Assembly (NCBI GenBank): GCA_030645365.1
Contig: JAUSMB010000064.1
Coordinates: forward strand, 23,989 to 87,988
DNA length: 64,000 nt
Direction of reading: 5' to 3'
Source of the DNA: Rugosibacter sp.
GTDB lineage: Bacteria; Pseudomonadota; Gammaproteobacteria; Burkholderiales; Rhodocyclaceae
The notes under the pieces were generated by a model. That model ran no database searches. It saw nothing but the letters and a program-made list of their open reading frames with translations, and was not told the origin of the DNA. Shown here in pieces: positions 1 to 9,757 of this stretch. Numbering within the stretch: the stretch's first letter is position 1; every line of letters starts with the position of its first letter. The translations under genes and the position numbers were made by a program.

Positions 1-546
1 ATCAATGCCCTGGTTTTGCCAACTGCGCAGCCAGGGAAAAATCGCGATATCCGCAATCGAATACGTATTACCGGCAATGTAACGCTGCTGCGAGAACTGC
101 CGGTTCATCACCCCATACAGCCGCTTGGCCTCGTTGGTGTAGCGGTTGACCGCGTAGTCAATTTTCTCTGGCGCATACATGCGGAAGTGATGGGCTTGCC
201 CCAGCATCGGGCCCACGCCGCCCATTTGAAACATGAGCCATTGCAGAACCTCGAATTTCTGGCGGTCGCTCTTGGGCAAAAACTTGCCTGTTTTTGCGGC
301 CAGATACAGCAAGATGGCGCCCGACTCAAACAAGGCAATAGGCTTGCCATCCGGCCCGTCCGGATCAACCAGCGCCGGAATTTTATTGTTCGGGCTAATC
401 TTCAAAAATTCCGGTGTGAACTGATCCCCCGTCCCGATATTGATGGCATGCGCTTGCCAATCGCGCCCCAGCCTGAGCCCGCATTCTTCCAGCATGATGT
501 GAACCTTGTGCCCATTGGGCGTCGGCCAAGAATACACATTTATCAT
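1..546 (-). CDS. glutathione S-transferase, YfcG/YghU-like (Nu class); 3' end lies beyond the window edge
   Basis: Absent from the ORF track because no stop codon falls in the window. Reverse translation from ATG 546-544 reads MINVYSWPTPNGHKVHIMLEECGL...FLKISPNNKIPALVDPDG...LFESGAILLYLA...WLMFQMGGVGPMLGQAHHF, closely resembling E. coli YfcG as I remember it. GGAGG RBS (rc of 553-557). The + ORF 16..570 is its shadow. Confidence 0.8.
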   Translation of the reverse strand, partial: MINVYSWPTPNGHKVHIMLEECGLRLGRDWQAHAINIGTGDQFTPEFLKISPNNKIPALVDPDGPDGKPIALFESGAILLYLAAKTGKFLPKSDRQKFEVLQWLMFQMGGVGPMLGQAHHFRMYAPEKIDYAVNRYTNEAKRLYGVMNRQFSQQRYIAGNTYSIADIAIFPWLRSWQNQGID

Positions 547-653
547 AAGTTGCCTCCTAAGGTGTTCTGATTATTACCTGCATTAAAAATCGTATGCAAA
601 CTGCGGGAGCATCATGCCACAATTGCTTCATCCCATTTCAAGACCATGCCCTC

Positions 654-1904
654 ATGAAACGCCTCACACATCAACTTTACTTTTGGGTGCTGCTCGCCAC
701 GCTGGCTGGCGGATTGCTGGGTTATCTTGACCCGCAGGCAGGCACGAGCCTCAAACCTTTAGGCGATGGTTTTATTGCACTGGTCAAAATGCTCATTGCG
801 CCGGTTATTTTTTGCACTGTCGTGCTCGGGATTGCCGGGTCTGGCGACATGAAAAAATTTGGCCGCGTTGGCGGTAAAGCGCTGCTTTACTTTGAAGTGG
901 TGTCCACGCTAGCACTAGCTATCGGGTTGCTTGTCGTGCATCTCATTCGCCCCGGCGAGGGCTTTAACGTTGACCCGCAATCGCTGGATAGCTCGGCAAT
1001 TGCCACGTATGCCAAATCCGCCGCTGAACAAAGCACGGTCAGTTTTTTCCTGCATATCATTCCCAAAACATTTGCCGATGCCTTCACTAGCTCGGGCGAC
1101 TTGTTGCAAGTACTTTTTCTCGCCATCCTGTTTGGCTATGCCATCGTGCGACTGGGCAAAATCGGCCAGCCAGTCCATCGTTTCATCGAAGATGCGTCAC
1201 ATCTCTTTTTTGCCATGATGAATGTCATCATGAAATTAGCGCCACTGGGTGCGGGTGGCGCGATGGCATTCACCATGGGGAAATACGGTGTCGCTGCCCT
1301 AAAACCGCTGGCAGCACTCATGGGTAGTTTTTATCTCACCTGCATTCTTTTCGTGTTGATCGTGCTGGGCAGCATCGCCGCCGCCACCGGCTTTAATATT
1401 TTTCGCTTCATTCTGTATCTCAAAGATGAACTGCTCACCGTGTTGGGCACCTCGTCATCCGAATCCGCACTGGTTCCGCTGATGGAAAAACTCGAGCGCA
1501 TGGGTTGCTCGAAATCGGTAGTCGGCCTGGTCGTGCCCTCCGGCTATTCCTTCAATCTCGACGGCACCAATATCTACCTGAGCATGGCCGCGATATTCGT
1601 TGCGCAAGCGTTGAATATCGACTTAACCATAGGTCAGGAATTAACGCTGCTTGGCGTAGCGATGCTGACGTCAAAAGGCGCCTCTGGCGTCACGGGTGCC
1701 GGATTCATCACCCTAGCAGCGACGCTGGCGGTTGTCCCCGCCATCCCCGTTGCAGGCCTGGCACTCATTCTGGGCATCGACCGCTTTATGTCCGAAGCCC
1801 GCGCGCTAACCAACTTCATCGGCAATGGTGTCGCCACCGTCGTCATCGCAAAATGGGAAAACGAGCTCGACCAGGAAAAAATGAATAACGCCATAGCAGG
1901 CTGA
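654..1904 (+). CDS. dctA: C4-dicarboxylate/sodium:dicarboxylate symporter (DctA family)
   Basis: ORF 594..1904. The family-typical N-terminus [15 protein letters not shown] starts at ATG 654. Multi-TM protein with [10 protein letters not shown] and GYSFNLDGT motifs typical of DAACS transporters. Confidence 0.85.
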   Translation: MKRLTHQLYFWVLLATLAGGLLGYLDPQAGTSLKPLGDGFIALVKMLIAPVIFCTVVLGIAGSGDMKKFGRVGGKALLYFEVVSTLALAIGLLVVHLIRPGEGFNVDPQSLDSSAIATYAKSAAEQSTVSFFLHIIPKTFADAFTSSGDLLQVLFLAILFGYAIVRLGKIGQPVHRFIEDASHLFFAMMNVIMKLAPLGAGGAMAFTMGKYGVAALKPLAALMGSFYLTCILFVLIVLGSIAAATGFNIFRFILYLKDELLTVLGTSSSESALVPLMEKLERMGCSKSVVGLVVPSGYSFNLDGTNIYLSMAAIFVAQALNIDLTIGQELTLLGVAMLTSKGASGVTGAGFITLAATLAVVPAIPVAGLALILGIDRFMSEARALTNFIGNGVATVVIAKWENELDQEKMNNAIAG

Positions 1905-1920
1905 TTCAAACCTACGGCAC

Positions 1921-1944
1921 AAAAGTCGGCGCTGGTGAGACGGC
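1921..1944 (+). repeat. dispersed 24-nt word, copy 1 (intergenic)
   Basis: aaaagtcggcgctggtgagacggc, 16 nt after the dctA stop, same sense as dctA. Confidence 0.9.
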
Positions 1945-2030
1945 AACTTCAACTTCTACACCAAAGACAGGCATTCGACGCGTAAAGGTACATTTACAAT
2001 CGCTGGCGAGGCTCGGTAATGCAGCACACC

Positions 2031-2061
2031 AAAAACAAACGGCTCCCTATATGGGGAGCCG
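2031..2061 (-). terminator. rho-independent terminator downstream of tRNA-Met
   Basis: Stem 2040-2047 / 2054-2061 (cggctccc / gggagccg), followed on the minus strand by tttgttttt. Confidence 0.6.
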
Positions 2062-2070
2062 CATGAATTC

Positions 2071-2147
2071 TGGTGGTGATGGGGGGACTTGAACCCTCGA
2101 CCTACGGATTATGAATCCGTCGCTCTAACCAGCTGAGCTACATCACC
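2071..2147 (-). tRNA. tRNA-Met (anticodon CAT), elongator-type; tRNA-Ile2 (lysidine) cannot be excluded
   Basis: Reverse complement is GGTGATGTAGCTCAGCTGGTTAGAGCGACGGATTCATAATCCGTAGGTCGAGGGTTCAAGTCCCCCCATCACCACCA. Cloverleaf is evident, with anticodon loop TTCATAA, T-loop GGTTCAAGTCC and an encoded CCA end. It lacks the initiator features (G1 is paired; no GGG/CCC anticodon stem). Confidence 0.9.
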
Positions 2148-2231
2148 GTGCACAATGGTGCAAAGGGGCGAGATTATCCCTTTCGCACGTCCACCTTGTC
2201 AAGGAAGGCGTGCGTAGGAGACAATCGCGGT

Positions 2232-3413
2232 ATGGATTTTGATATCGTTATTGTTGGCGGCGGGCTCGCCGGGCTTGCATTGGCGGCGGCTTTGCGCCGA
2301 TCCTCGTTGTCTGTGGCACTGGTTGAAGGCACGGTGCCGGTTTTTCCTGCCAAGGGTCCGGGCGATTTTTCTACTATGTGGGATAGCCGGGTGTATGCCA
2401 TCAGCCCGGCGAATGCGCGCTTTCTTGAGCAGATTGGCATCTGGCAGCATCTTGACCACGCGCGCATGGAGCCCGTAAGCGCCATGCAAATTTTTGGTGA
2501 TGGCAAAGGCCGGCTCGATTTTTCAGCTTATGACAGCGGGGTTGACGAATTGGCGTGGATTCTTGAGTCGTCGCTCATGCAGGCCGAATTGTGGGAAATG
2601 CTCAAGCGGCAAGGCAACCTCACGATGTTTTGTCCTGCATCAGCCCAAGCGCTGACACTGGATGAGGCGGCAGCCGAACTCATACTGACCGACGGACGTA
2701 AACTGCGCGCACACCTGATTGTCGCGGCCGATGGTGCCGACTCTTGGACGCGCAGCGCAGCAGGCATTGAGGTGGAATGCAAAAACTACAATCAGCTCGG
2801 TGTCGTGGCCAATTTTGCCGCTGCGCTACCGCATCGCGGCACAGCTTTTCAGTGGTTTCGTCGGGATGGCATTTTGGCTTGGCTGCCTTTGCCTGGCCAA
2901 CATGTGTCGATGGTCTGGTCAACGGCCTCTGCGCATGGCGAGGAATTGTTATCGCTTTCGCCAAGCGCCTTGTGCGAGAAGGTGGCCGCAGCGGGAGGGC
3001 ATGCGCTGGGTGCCCTGGAATTGATCACCCCGCCGACGGCATTTCCGCTGCGCCTGATGCGTGCATCGCCCACGGTGTTGCCACGCCTGGCTTTAGTTGG
3101 CGATGCGGCGCACACGGTCCATCCGCTGTCTGGGCACGGTATCAATCTGGGCTTTCAGGATGTGCAGGCATTGGCGCACGCGCTACTTGCCTCGCCAACG
3201 CAGGACGATTGCGGCGACTTTTCGCTGTTGCGCAGATTTGAGCGCGCGCGTAAAGAAGAGGTTTTTATGCTACAAACCGCTACCGATCATTTGCAACGCT
3301 TGTTTGATGTTCGTCGCGGGCCGTTAGTTGGCTTGCGTAACGTGGGGTTGAGCCTCACTAACCATTTGCCAGTCGTAAAGGATGCGTTGGTCCGTTATGC
3401 TTTGGCATCCTGA
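2232..3413 (+). CDS. FAD-dependent ubiquinone-biosynthesis hydroxylase, UbiH/UbiF/VisC/COQ6 family
   Basis: ORF 2148..3413. The upstream part of the ORF overlaps the tRNA, so the start is taken at ATG 2232 (MDFDIVIVGGGLAGLALA, a GxGxxG FAD fold). DGADS and GDAAHTVHPLSGHGINLG motifs are present. Confidence 0.85.
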   Translation: MDFDIVIVGGGLAGLALAAALRRSSLSVALVEGTVPVFPAKGPGDFSTMWDSRVYAISPANARFLEQIGIWQHLDHARMEPVSAMQIFGDGKGRLDFSAYDSGVDELAWILESSLMQAELWEMLKRQGNLTMFCPASAQALTLDEAAAELILTDGRKLRAHLIVAADGADSWTRSAAGIEVECKNYNQLGVVANFAAALPHRGTAFQWFRRDGILAWLPLPGQHVSMVWSTASAHGEELLSLSPSALCEKVAAAGGHALGALELITPPTAFPLRLMRASPTVLPRLALVGDAAHTVHPLSGHGINLGFQDVQALAHALLASPTQDDCGDFSLLRRFERARKEEVFMLQTATDHLQRLFDVRRGPLVGLRNVGLSLTNHLPVVKDALVRYALAS

Positions 3414-3426
3414 TTTTTCTGGAGAA

Positions 3427-4116
3427 ATGATGAATAAAAAATTTATTGCAGCAACGGCTTTACTGGCCAGCTTTTCTATCGGCGCTTTGGCGGGTGAGGC
3501 CGAAGTTAAAAAGGCGCTTGAGGCCACTGTGGGCAAGGTTGAAAAAATCAGCAAAGCACCCATTCCAGGCATGTGGGAAGTCACGGTTGGTGGTCAGATT
3601 TTTTATGCGGATGACAAAGGCACTTATCTGCTCGCCGGAAATTTGATCGAGATCAAAACGGGTAAAAACTTGACATCAGAGCGCCAGTTCAATGCGCTGC
3701 CGCTTGAGCTGGCATTTAAACAAGTGCGCGGTAACGGCAAAAATGTATTAGTCACATTTGAAGATCCCAACTGCGGCTACTGCAAAAAACTGGCGAAAGA
3801 ATTGCAGTCTGTCCAAAACCTCACTTTGTACACTTTTCTTTACCCCGTGCTGGGAGAAGATTCCACCGAGAAATCCAAAATGATCTGGTGTGCCCCGGAT
3901 AAAGCCAAGGCCTGGAATGACTGGATGATTCGCAACAAAGCCTTGCCCGCATTACCCGCCAAATGTGATACCGCCGGGCTGGAAAAATCAGTGGAACTGG
4001 GTCAAAAATTGCGCATCAACGGCACGCCAGCGATGTTCTTCGCCACCGGCGAGCGGGTAGGCGGCTATATTCCAGCAACGGAAATTGAAAAACGTTTTAA
4101 CGCGAAAGGCGGTTAA
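3427..4116 (+). CDS. dsbC: periplasmic thiol:disulfide interchange protein DsbC/DsbG family
   Basis: Signal peptide MMNKKFIAATALLASFSIGALA from ATG 3427 with a GGAG RBS. Thioredoxin-fold CGYC active site (FEDPNCGYCKKL). Confidence 0.85.
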   Translation: MMNKKFIAATALLASFSIGALAGEAEVKKALEATVGKVEKISKAPIPGMWEVTVGGQIFYADDKGTYLLAGNLIEIKTGKNLTSERQFNALPLELAFKQVRGNGKNVLVTFEDPNCGYCKKLAKELQSVQNLTLYTFLYPVLGEDSTEKSKMIWCAPDKAKAWNDWMIRNKALPALPAKCDTAGLEKSVELGQKLRINGTPAMFFATGERVGGYIPATEIEKRFNAKGG

Positions 4117-4137
4117 TCCAGTCATCGCCATGCTGTA

Positions 4138-4161
4138 AAAAGTCGGCGTTGGTGATACGGC
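4138..4161 (+). repeat. dispersed 24-nt word, copy 2 (intergenic)
   Basis: aaaagtcggcgttggtgatacggc, 21 nt after the dsbC stop, same sense as dsbC. Confidence 0.9.
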
Positions 4162-4176
4162 GGTAATAGACGGTAA

Positions 4177-4220
4177 TAGAGAGTGACGCGACAATCAATC
4201 GCATCACTCTCTATTTTTTT
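4177..4220 (+). terminator. rho-independent terminator after dsbC
   Basis: Arms tagagagtgacgc (4177-4189) and gcatcactctcta (4201-4213) with one mismatch, followed by a T7 run. Confidence 0.7.
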
Positions 4221-4245
4221 GCCAAGGCCTCGCGTATTAACTACC

Positions 4246-5448
4246 TTAAAAAGAAGTTTCGCGTTCGGCAGATGCAGTAATTTTATGGATGGTCAAATCG
4301 GAGCCCTCAAATTCTTCTTCCGCATCAAGCCGGATGCCGACGAAGAATTTAAGTAGCCCATATACTAAAAAACCACCCGCTAGCGCGATCACAATACCCA
4401 TGAGCGTGCCAATCAGCTGACTGGGCAGTGCTACGCCGCCTCTGCCGCCCCAGGCGGTCGCACCAAAAATACCTGCAGCTATCCCGCCCCAGGCACCGCA
4501 AAGCCCATGAAGAGGCCAGACGCCCAGCACATCGTCAATTTTCCAACGATTCTGCGTGAGGGTGAACATCACCACAAACAACCCACCGGCGATACTGCCC
4601 GTGGCCAGCGCCCCGAGGGGATGCATCACATCCGAGCCAGCGCAAACAGCCACCAGCCCGGCCAAAGCCCCATTATGTACAAAGCCGGGGTCGTTCTTGC
4701 CGACCACTAAGGCTGCCAGCGTGCCGCCCACCATCGCCATCAGCGAATTGAGCGCGACCAGGCCAGACACTTTATCCAGCGTTTGCGCACTCATCACATT
4801 AAAACCGAACCAACCCACAATGAGAATCCATGCGCCCAAAGCTAAAAACGGCACGCTGGAAGGCGGATGCGCAGCAATTGCACCGTTTTTGTCATAGCGT
4901 CCACGCCGTGGGCCAAGCAATAGCACCGCCGCTAACGCCGCCCAGCCACCCACGGCATGCACCACAACTGAACCGGCAAAATCGTGAAATTCCGCGCCAA
5001 ACTGCTGGACAAGCCAAGGCTGAACGCCAAACGCACGGTTCCAGGCAATACCTTCAAAAAATGGGTAAACAAAACCTACCAGACAAAATGTCGCGGCGAG
5101 TTGCGGTTTAAATTTGGCACGCTCGGCAATGCCGCCAGAGATAATCGCCGGGACGGCGGCGGCAAAAGTCAGCAGAAAGAAAAATCGCGTGAGTTCAAAG
5201 CCGCTGTTTTTAGCAAGCACTTCGGCAGTGCTAAAAAAATGGACGCCATACGCGATGCCGTAGCCAATAAAAAAGTAAGCCAGCGTTGAAATTGAAAAAT
5301 CTGCCAGAATTTTAACCAGCGCATTGATCTGATTTTTTTTACGGACTGTTCCCAGCTCCAAAAAAGCGAAGCCGGCGTGCATCGCCAAAATCATGATGGC
5401 GCCCAGCAAAATAAATAAAACATCGGCAGAGGCTTTCAACGGTTCCAT
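4246..5448 (-). CDS. amtB: ammonium transporter (Amt family)
   Basis: 400-aa polytopic protein. Contains ILAMHAGFAFLELG, FAAAVPAIISGGIAER, DFAGSVVVHAVGGW and LGVWPLHGLCGAWGG, all classic Amt signatures. Confidence 0.9.
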   Translation of the reverse strand: MEPLKASADVLFILLGAIMILAMHAGFAFLELGTVRKKNQINALVKILADFSISTLAYFFIGYGIAYGVHFFSTAEVLAKNSGFELTRFFFLLTFAAAVPAIISGGIAERAKFKPQLAATFCLVGFVYPFFEGIAWNRAFGVQPWLVQQFGAEFHDFAGSVVVHAVGGWAALAAVLLLGPRRGRYDKNGAIAAHPPSSVPFLALGAWILIVGWFGFNVMSAQTLDKVSGLVALNSLMAMVGGTLAALVVGKNDPGFVHNGALAGLVAVCAGSDVMHPLGALATGSIAGGLFVVMFTLTQNRWKIDDVLGVWPLHGLCGAWGGIAAGIFGATAWGGRGGVALPSQLIGTLMGIVIALAGGFLVYGLLKFFVGIRLDAEEEFEGSDLTIHKITASAERETSF

Positions 5449-5559
5449 GCGGGTAATCCTTTCGTTAATGCACTAAAGTAAGGCGAAAAACGAAATTACA
5501 AAGCAAAAAACATTCCTATTTTAATATTTATATTTATCAAATAGTTATAAAAAATTTAC

Positions 5560-5611
5560 CTAAAATAATGCGCCAAAACAGTGCTCATAAAATAGATAAG
5601 CACTGTTTTGG
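5560..5611 (-). terminator. hairpin terminator downstream of mltA
   Basis: Perfect 13-bp stem ccaaaacagtgct (5573-5585) / agcactgttttgg (5599-5611), immediately 3' of the mltA stop, followed on the minus strand by a moderately U-rich stretch. Confidence 0.5.
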
Positions 5612-5623
5612 TGACAACCACAC

Positions 5624-6838
5624 TCACTTTGGTGCGGCGTCAGGAACATAGCCTTTGGGCATGAGCACCCATACCCGTCCCGTCTGGCGCATCTTGCCGG
5701 CAAGACTACCGGCATCAGGGCCGCTGCCCCAGTAATAATCGCCGCGTACAGCCCCGCGAATAGCGCCTCCCGTATCCTGCGCCAGCATCAGCCGGGTGAG
5801 TGCCTGCTCACTGTTTGGCCGCGTTGTAGCAAGCCAAACGGGGGCGCCCAAGGGGATATAGCGTGGATCAACCGCCAAAGAACGTTCTGGCGTCAACGGA
5901 ATGCCCAGAGCGCCTGGCGGGCCTTTGCCGATTAAAGGTAATTCTCGAAAAAACACCATGCTCGGATTTTGGTTCAGCAATTCTTCCAACCGCTGCGGAT
6001 TCAACTTCGCCCACGCCTTGATGCCTTGCATGGATGCCTGTTCCATGGTGATCTCGCCCTGATCAATTAACCAACGCCCGATGGATCGGTAAGGGTGCCC
6101 GTTTTGATCGGCATAGCCAAGGCGAATACGACTGCCATCATCCAGTGCCACCTGGCCTGAGCCCTGCACTTGCATGAAAAATAAATCCACGGCGTTTGCT
6201 ACCCAGGCAATCGCTTTTTGTGAGTGCTTGCTTTCTTTTTGACGCCACTCTGATCTAGCATAGTAAGGAACAACTTTTTTACCCTCGAGACGCCCGCGCA
6301 GCCGAAGATGTTTAAGCTCAGGATAAAGTTCAGACAAATCTACCGTGACCAGATCGTCTGGCGGGCCATATACCGGGTAAGGGTTTTGGCGAGAAGGCGT
6401 GCGACTGCCTTGCAACACAGGTTCAAAATAGCCGGTGATCATTCCCGTGCGAGAGCCATCGGCATTTACCATCACCCAGGGCTGAAACTGGGTTTTAAAC
6501 CATTGGCGCAAAGCGTCGGCGCTTTGTATATCGGCGGTACGCGCCGCCGCGCACACGGGTTGCCATAACGCTTGCTTTGCCAGCACGCGACAGCTATCAA
6601 GAAAAGCCGCCAACACCGGCGCAGGATCATCGGCTTCCCAGCCAGTGAGATCATCCCACTGTGCAACTTGCATTGGTGACGCAGGAGGCAGGGAAACATC
6701 GCTTGGCGGACTTGCCACGCAGGTAGGCAAAGCTGCGCACCGCTGTGGTGCATTTATTGGAGGAATGGGTGTTGTCATGCAACTGGCCAGCGCAAACGAC
6801 AGGCCCGTGAGGAGTAGATAGATAGGGATGCGTTTCAT
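5624..6838 (-). CDS. mltA: membrane-bound lytic murein transglycosylase A
   Basis: ORF 5624..7006. The lipoprotein signal MKRIPIYLLLTGLSFALASC begins at ATG 6838. MltA-like 3D/DPBB region present (DTGGAIRGAVRGDYYWG). Confidence 0.85.
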   Translation of the reverse strand: MKRIPIYLLLTGLSFALASCMTTPIPPINAPQRCAALPTCVASPPSDVSLPPASPMQVAQWDDLTGWEADDPAPVLAAFLDSCRVLAKQALWQPVCAAARTADIQSADALRQWFKTQFQPWVMVNADGSRTGMITGYFEPVLQGSRTPSRQNPYPVYGPPDDLVTVDLSELYPELKHLRLRGRLEGKKVVPYYARSEWRQKESKHSQKAIAWVANAVDLFFMQVQGSGQVALDDGSRIRLGYADQNGHPYRSIGRWLIDQGEITMEQASMQGIKAWAKLNPQRLEELLNQNPSMVFFRELPLIGKGPPGALGIPLTPERSLAVDPRYIPLGAPVWLATTRPNSEQALTRLMLAQDTGGAIRGAVRGDYYWGSGPDAGSLAGKMRQTGRVWVLMPKGYVPDAAPK

Positions 6839-6881
6839 GAATCTGCTAAAGTTCGCCGCGTTAAAACCCCAGAGTGTACCG

Positions 6882-7763
6882 ATGACTGACTTTTCTCGCT
6901 TTCTTCTTCGCGCCGAAACTTTAATTGACCGTCTTGAAGCAATCTTGCCGCCCACTTTGCCGGTGACCGACTGGTCGGCCTGTGCTTTTCGCTGGCGTAC
7001 GCGCAACGGTCGCGGCTGGCTCGAAGACGTGCGTCACCCGCATGCCATTCGCTTGACCGATTTGCAAGGCGTTGAGCCACAAAAAAAGCGCATCGAACAA
7101 AACACGCGGCAATTTGTACAAGGCAAAAGTGCCAACAATGTACTGCTCACCGGGGCGCGTGGCACGGGCAAAAGCTCGCTCGTGAAAGCGGTGCTAAACC
7201 AGTTTTCTCGGCGTGGATTGCGCTTGATTGAAGTGGATAAAGACGATCTGGTTTATTTACCTGACATTGTGGATCTGGTTTTTGGACGCCGCGAAAAATT
7301 CATTATTTTCTGCGACGATTTATCGTTCGAAGCGAACGAGCCGGGTTACAAAGCCATGAAGAGTCTGCTGGATGGTTCCATCACCGGCATGCCAGAAAAC
7401 CTGCTGGTCTATGCCACCTCCAACCGGCGCCACCTGATGCCGGAAAAAATGGCTGAAAATCTTGAAGCAACCTACACTGACGATGGTGACGTGCACCCCG
7501 GCGAAACGACTGAAGAAAAAATCTCGCTGTCTGAACGCTTTGGCTTATGGCTGTCTTTTTACGCCTTCACGCAAGATGAATATCTTGCCATTTGTGCCCA
7601 TTGGCTCACCGTTTTTGGCTACCCCATCGACACGCTGGCGCCAGGCAATCCCATCCGCAGCGAAGCCTTGCAATGGACGCAGATGCGCAGCTCGCGCAGC
7701 GGTCGCGTAGCCTGGCAATTTGCCCGGGATTACGCGGGTCGACATAGCCGTCCGAAAAAATGA
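6882..7763 (+). CDS. AAA-type ATP-binding protein, DUF815 family
   Basis: Walker A LLTGARGTGKSSLVKA and Walker B FIIFCDDLSF. The start is taken at ATG 6882 (MTDFSRFLLR) to avoid overlap with the divergent mltA. Confidence 0.7.
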   Translation: MTDFSRFLLRAETLIDRLEAILPPTLPVTDWSACAFRWRTRNGRGWLEDVRHPHAIRLTDLQGVEPQKKRIEQNTRQFVQGKSANNVLLTGARGTGKSSLVKAVLNQFSRRGLRLIEVDKDDLVYLPDIVDLVFGRREKFIIFCDDLSFEANEPGYKAMKSLLDGSITGMPENLLVYATSNRRHLMPEKMAENLEATYTDDGDVHPGETTEEKISLSERFGLWLSFYAFTQDEYLAICAHWLTVFGYPIDTLAPGNPIRSEALQWTQMRSSRSGRVAWQFARDYAGRHSRPKK

Positions 7764-8701
7764 AAGTCACGCATGTCGCCGCGGCCGTTATTGAACGCGC
7801 GAATGGACAATTTTTATTAGGCCAGCGCGCAGCCAATACGTTTTATCCCGGGTATTGGGAATTTCCCGGCGGCAAAGTCGAACCCGGGGAAACAGCGCGT
7901 GAAGCCCTGGTGAGGGAACTGCATGAAGAACTCGGCATCAAGGTTTTGCGTGCCGACCCGTGGTTACACCGTGAGCATGTTTATGCACATGCGCATGTGC
8001 ATCTTCATTTTTTTCGAGTACGTGCCTGGCAAAATGAGATTTGTCATCACGTACATAGCGCACTCACCTGGCAAACGCCGGGTGCGCTGACCGTTCAGCC
8101 GATGTTGCCGGCTAATGCGCCAGTATTGGCTGCGCTGGCCTTGCCTGCGTTTTACGCCATCACGCATGCCGCAGAAATCGGCGTTGCTGCTCAACTCGAA
8201 GCACTTGATCGCGCCTTGGAAAACGGGATCAAGCTTGTACAGCTGCGCGAGCCGACGCTTAGCCCTCAACAACGGGAAGCGTTTGTTCACGCAGCAGTCA
8301 AAAGCTGTCACACCTCGGGCGCTCGCGTGCTGGTCAACGGCGATCCGTTGCTGGCTTTGGCGGCTGGGGCTGATGGTTTCCACCTGACATCCGCGCAACT
8401 GGCCGCCTGCACAACACGCCCTGAGTTTCCGCTGGTGGCTGCGTCGTGCCACTCTCCTGCCGAGTTGCTGCACGCAACGCAGATTGGTTGTGATTTCGTG
8501 GTTTATGGACCCCTACGCGAAACCGCAACGCACCCTGGGCAAGCAGGTTTGGGATGGGCAGCTTTCGCAGCAGAGATTAATCACCCATTTGCCGTACCAC
8601 CAACGCCGACTTTTGCCTTGGGCGGATTATCACGCGATGATCTTGACACTGCCCGCGCTTGCGGAGCACATGGCATCGCTGCCATTCGTTCAGCCTGGTA
8701 A
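7760..8701 (+). CDS. Nudix (MutT-like 8-oxo-dGTP diphosphatase) fused to a thiamine-phosphate-synthase (ThiE/TenI)-like domain
   Basis: N-terminal Nudix box GYWEFPGGKVEPGETAREALVRELHEELG. The C-terminal 170 aa resemble the TMP-TENI fold (LVQLREP...VLVNGD...GFHLTS...). ATGA overlap with the upstream gene. Confidence 0.8.
   Translation: MKVTHVAAAVIERANGQFLLGQRAANTFYPGYWEFPGGKVEPGETAREALVRELHEELGIKVLRADPWLHREHVYAHAHVHLHFFRVRAWQNEICHHVHSALTWQTPGALTVQPMLPANAPVLAALALPAFYAITHAAEIGVAAQLEALDRALENGIKLVQLREPTLSPQQREAFVHAAVKSCHTSGARVLVNGDPLLALAAGADGFHLTSAQLAACTTRPEFPLVAASCHSPAELLHATQIGCDFVVYGPLRETATHPGQAGLGWAAFAAEINHPFAVPPTPTFALGGLSRDDLDTARACGAHGIAAIRSAW
8591..8614 (-). repeat. dispersed 24-nt word, copy 3 (inside the Nudix-ThiE CDS, antisense)
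   Basis: + strand reads gccgtaccaccaacgccgactttt, encoding AVPPTPTF. Confidence 0.85.
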
Positions 8702-8738
8702 AGACAATCGTATCGTTGAGCGACTGATTTCTACGTCG

Positions 8739-8945
8739 TTATTCTGATTCGTTACTCAGCGGCGCTTCTTCGCTGGCGGCAACGCGATAGGCTTCGCTTT
8801 CCCATGCGCCTAAATCATAGGTCTTGCAACGCGCAGAACAAAATGGTCGAAAGCGACTTGCTTCCACCCATTCGACTGGCGTCCGACAACGCGGACACAA
8901 TACGATACGTGGTGGTTTGGATAAATCAGAGTGATTAGGCGCCAT
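8739..8945 (-). CDS. yacG: DNA gyrase inhibitor YacG (zinc ribbon)
   Basis: CPRCRTPVEW...FCSARCKTYDLGAW matches the 4-Cys YacG signature. Sits in the canonical yacG-zapD-coaE context. Confidence 0.85.
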   Translation of the reverse strand: MAPNHSDLSKPPRIVLCPRCRTPVEWVEASRFRPFCSARCKTYDLGAWESEAYRVAASEEAPLSNESE

Positions 8946-8947
8946 GT

Positions 8948-9703
8948 TTACAGATTACAAAGCGTCATTTCAAACTCGACATCGGTCTCCATCTGGCGTG
9001 GCCGTTGCGTCATATCCGGTCGCAAAAAACGTACATTGATGGCGAGCTTGCCGGCGGAGATTTCCGGTATCACGGGGTTATCTTTTCTGATTTGCAAACG
9101 AACCAGTTGGTAATTGCGTCCACCCAGCATGACCTGATAAGCGCCTCGCTGAGCTATAAGTCGATCCGAGCGGCCAGATGCACGCAGCAGGCGCAACACA
9201 ATCGTCAACGCCTGTCGGATAGGCAACATGGGCGTCAACCAGGCCTCAATGTCTTTTTGTCGCACTGGCGCATCACTATTTAACCAATAGTGGTAGCCCG
9301 GCAGATCAAACTCACACACGCCACCCGGAATCGCGACTCGATTTTTAATGCTCATTAACCAATCGTTTTCGCGCAGATAATGGCCAATTTTTCCCTGCAC
9401 GGCAAGCAATTGCGTACTTGCCTGCTCAATTTCATAGAGTGCGCCCGAAAGTGCATCTTCAGAGATGTCCGGATTGTTGCGGAAAGACAGCAAAATCTGT
9501 CGCTGACGCTCCAGCTCCTGAACCAGATCAAATTTCAAATCGGCACGGCCAGCCACTTCAAGAATCTCAAACAACAACACCAGCGCTGCATGATGTTCAG
9601 CGGCACCTTTAGCGGAGGCGAAATGTATGATTTTTTCAAACAGATCTTCGAGCCGCAGCAAAGTGCGCACTCGCTCGCTAAGAGGATATTCGTAGGTAAT
9701 CAC
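8948..9703 (-). CDS. zapD: cell-division protein ZapD (YacF)
   Basis: MITYEYPLSERVRTLLRLEDLFEK is the typical ZapD N-terminus. 251 aa, located between coaE and yacG. Confidence 0.85.
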   Translation of the reverse strand: MITYEYPLSERVRTLLRLEDLFEKIIHFASAKGAAEHHAALVLLFEILEVAGRADLKFDLVQELERQRQILLSFRNNPDISEDALSGALYEIEQASTQLLAVQGKIGHYLRENDWLMSIKNRVAIPGGVCEFDLPGYHYWLNSDAPVRQKDIEAWLTPMLPIRQALTIVLRLLRASGRSDRLIAQRGAYQVMLGGRNYQLVRLQIRKDNPVIPEISAGKLAINVRFLRPDMTQRPRQMETDVEFEMTLCNL

Positions 9704-9757
9704 ACACGGGCCAAGTGAACAAAATGAATCGCATTGTCCCCGAAATTTAGCTAAATC

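Noticed and set aside
16-570. 184-aa + strand ORF at the left edge
   Set aside because: It lies antisense to a clearly recognisable YfcG-like glutathione S-transferase on the minus strand. It has no motifs and a TTG start, so it is a shadow ORF.
4162-4180. Tandem duplication ggtaataga/cggtaataga next to repeat copy 2
   Set aside because: It is only two short units adjacent to a terminator, with no further copies in the window. It is probably a slippage remnant.
5559-5576. Possible sigma-54 promoter upstream of amtB (minus strand TGGCGC-N5-TTTAG)
   Set aside because: The -12 element (TTTAG versus TTGCW) is poor, and the site coincides with the mltA terminator hairpin arm.
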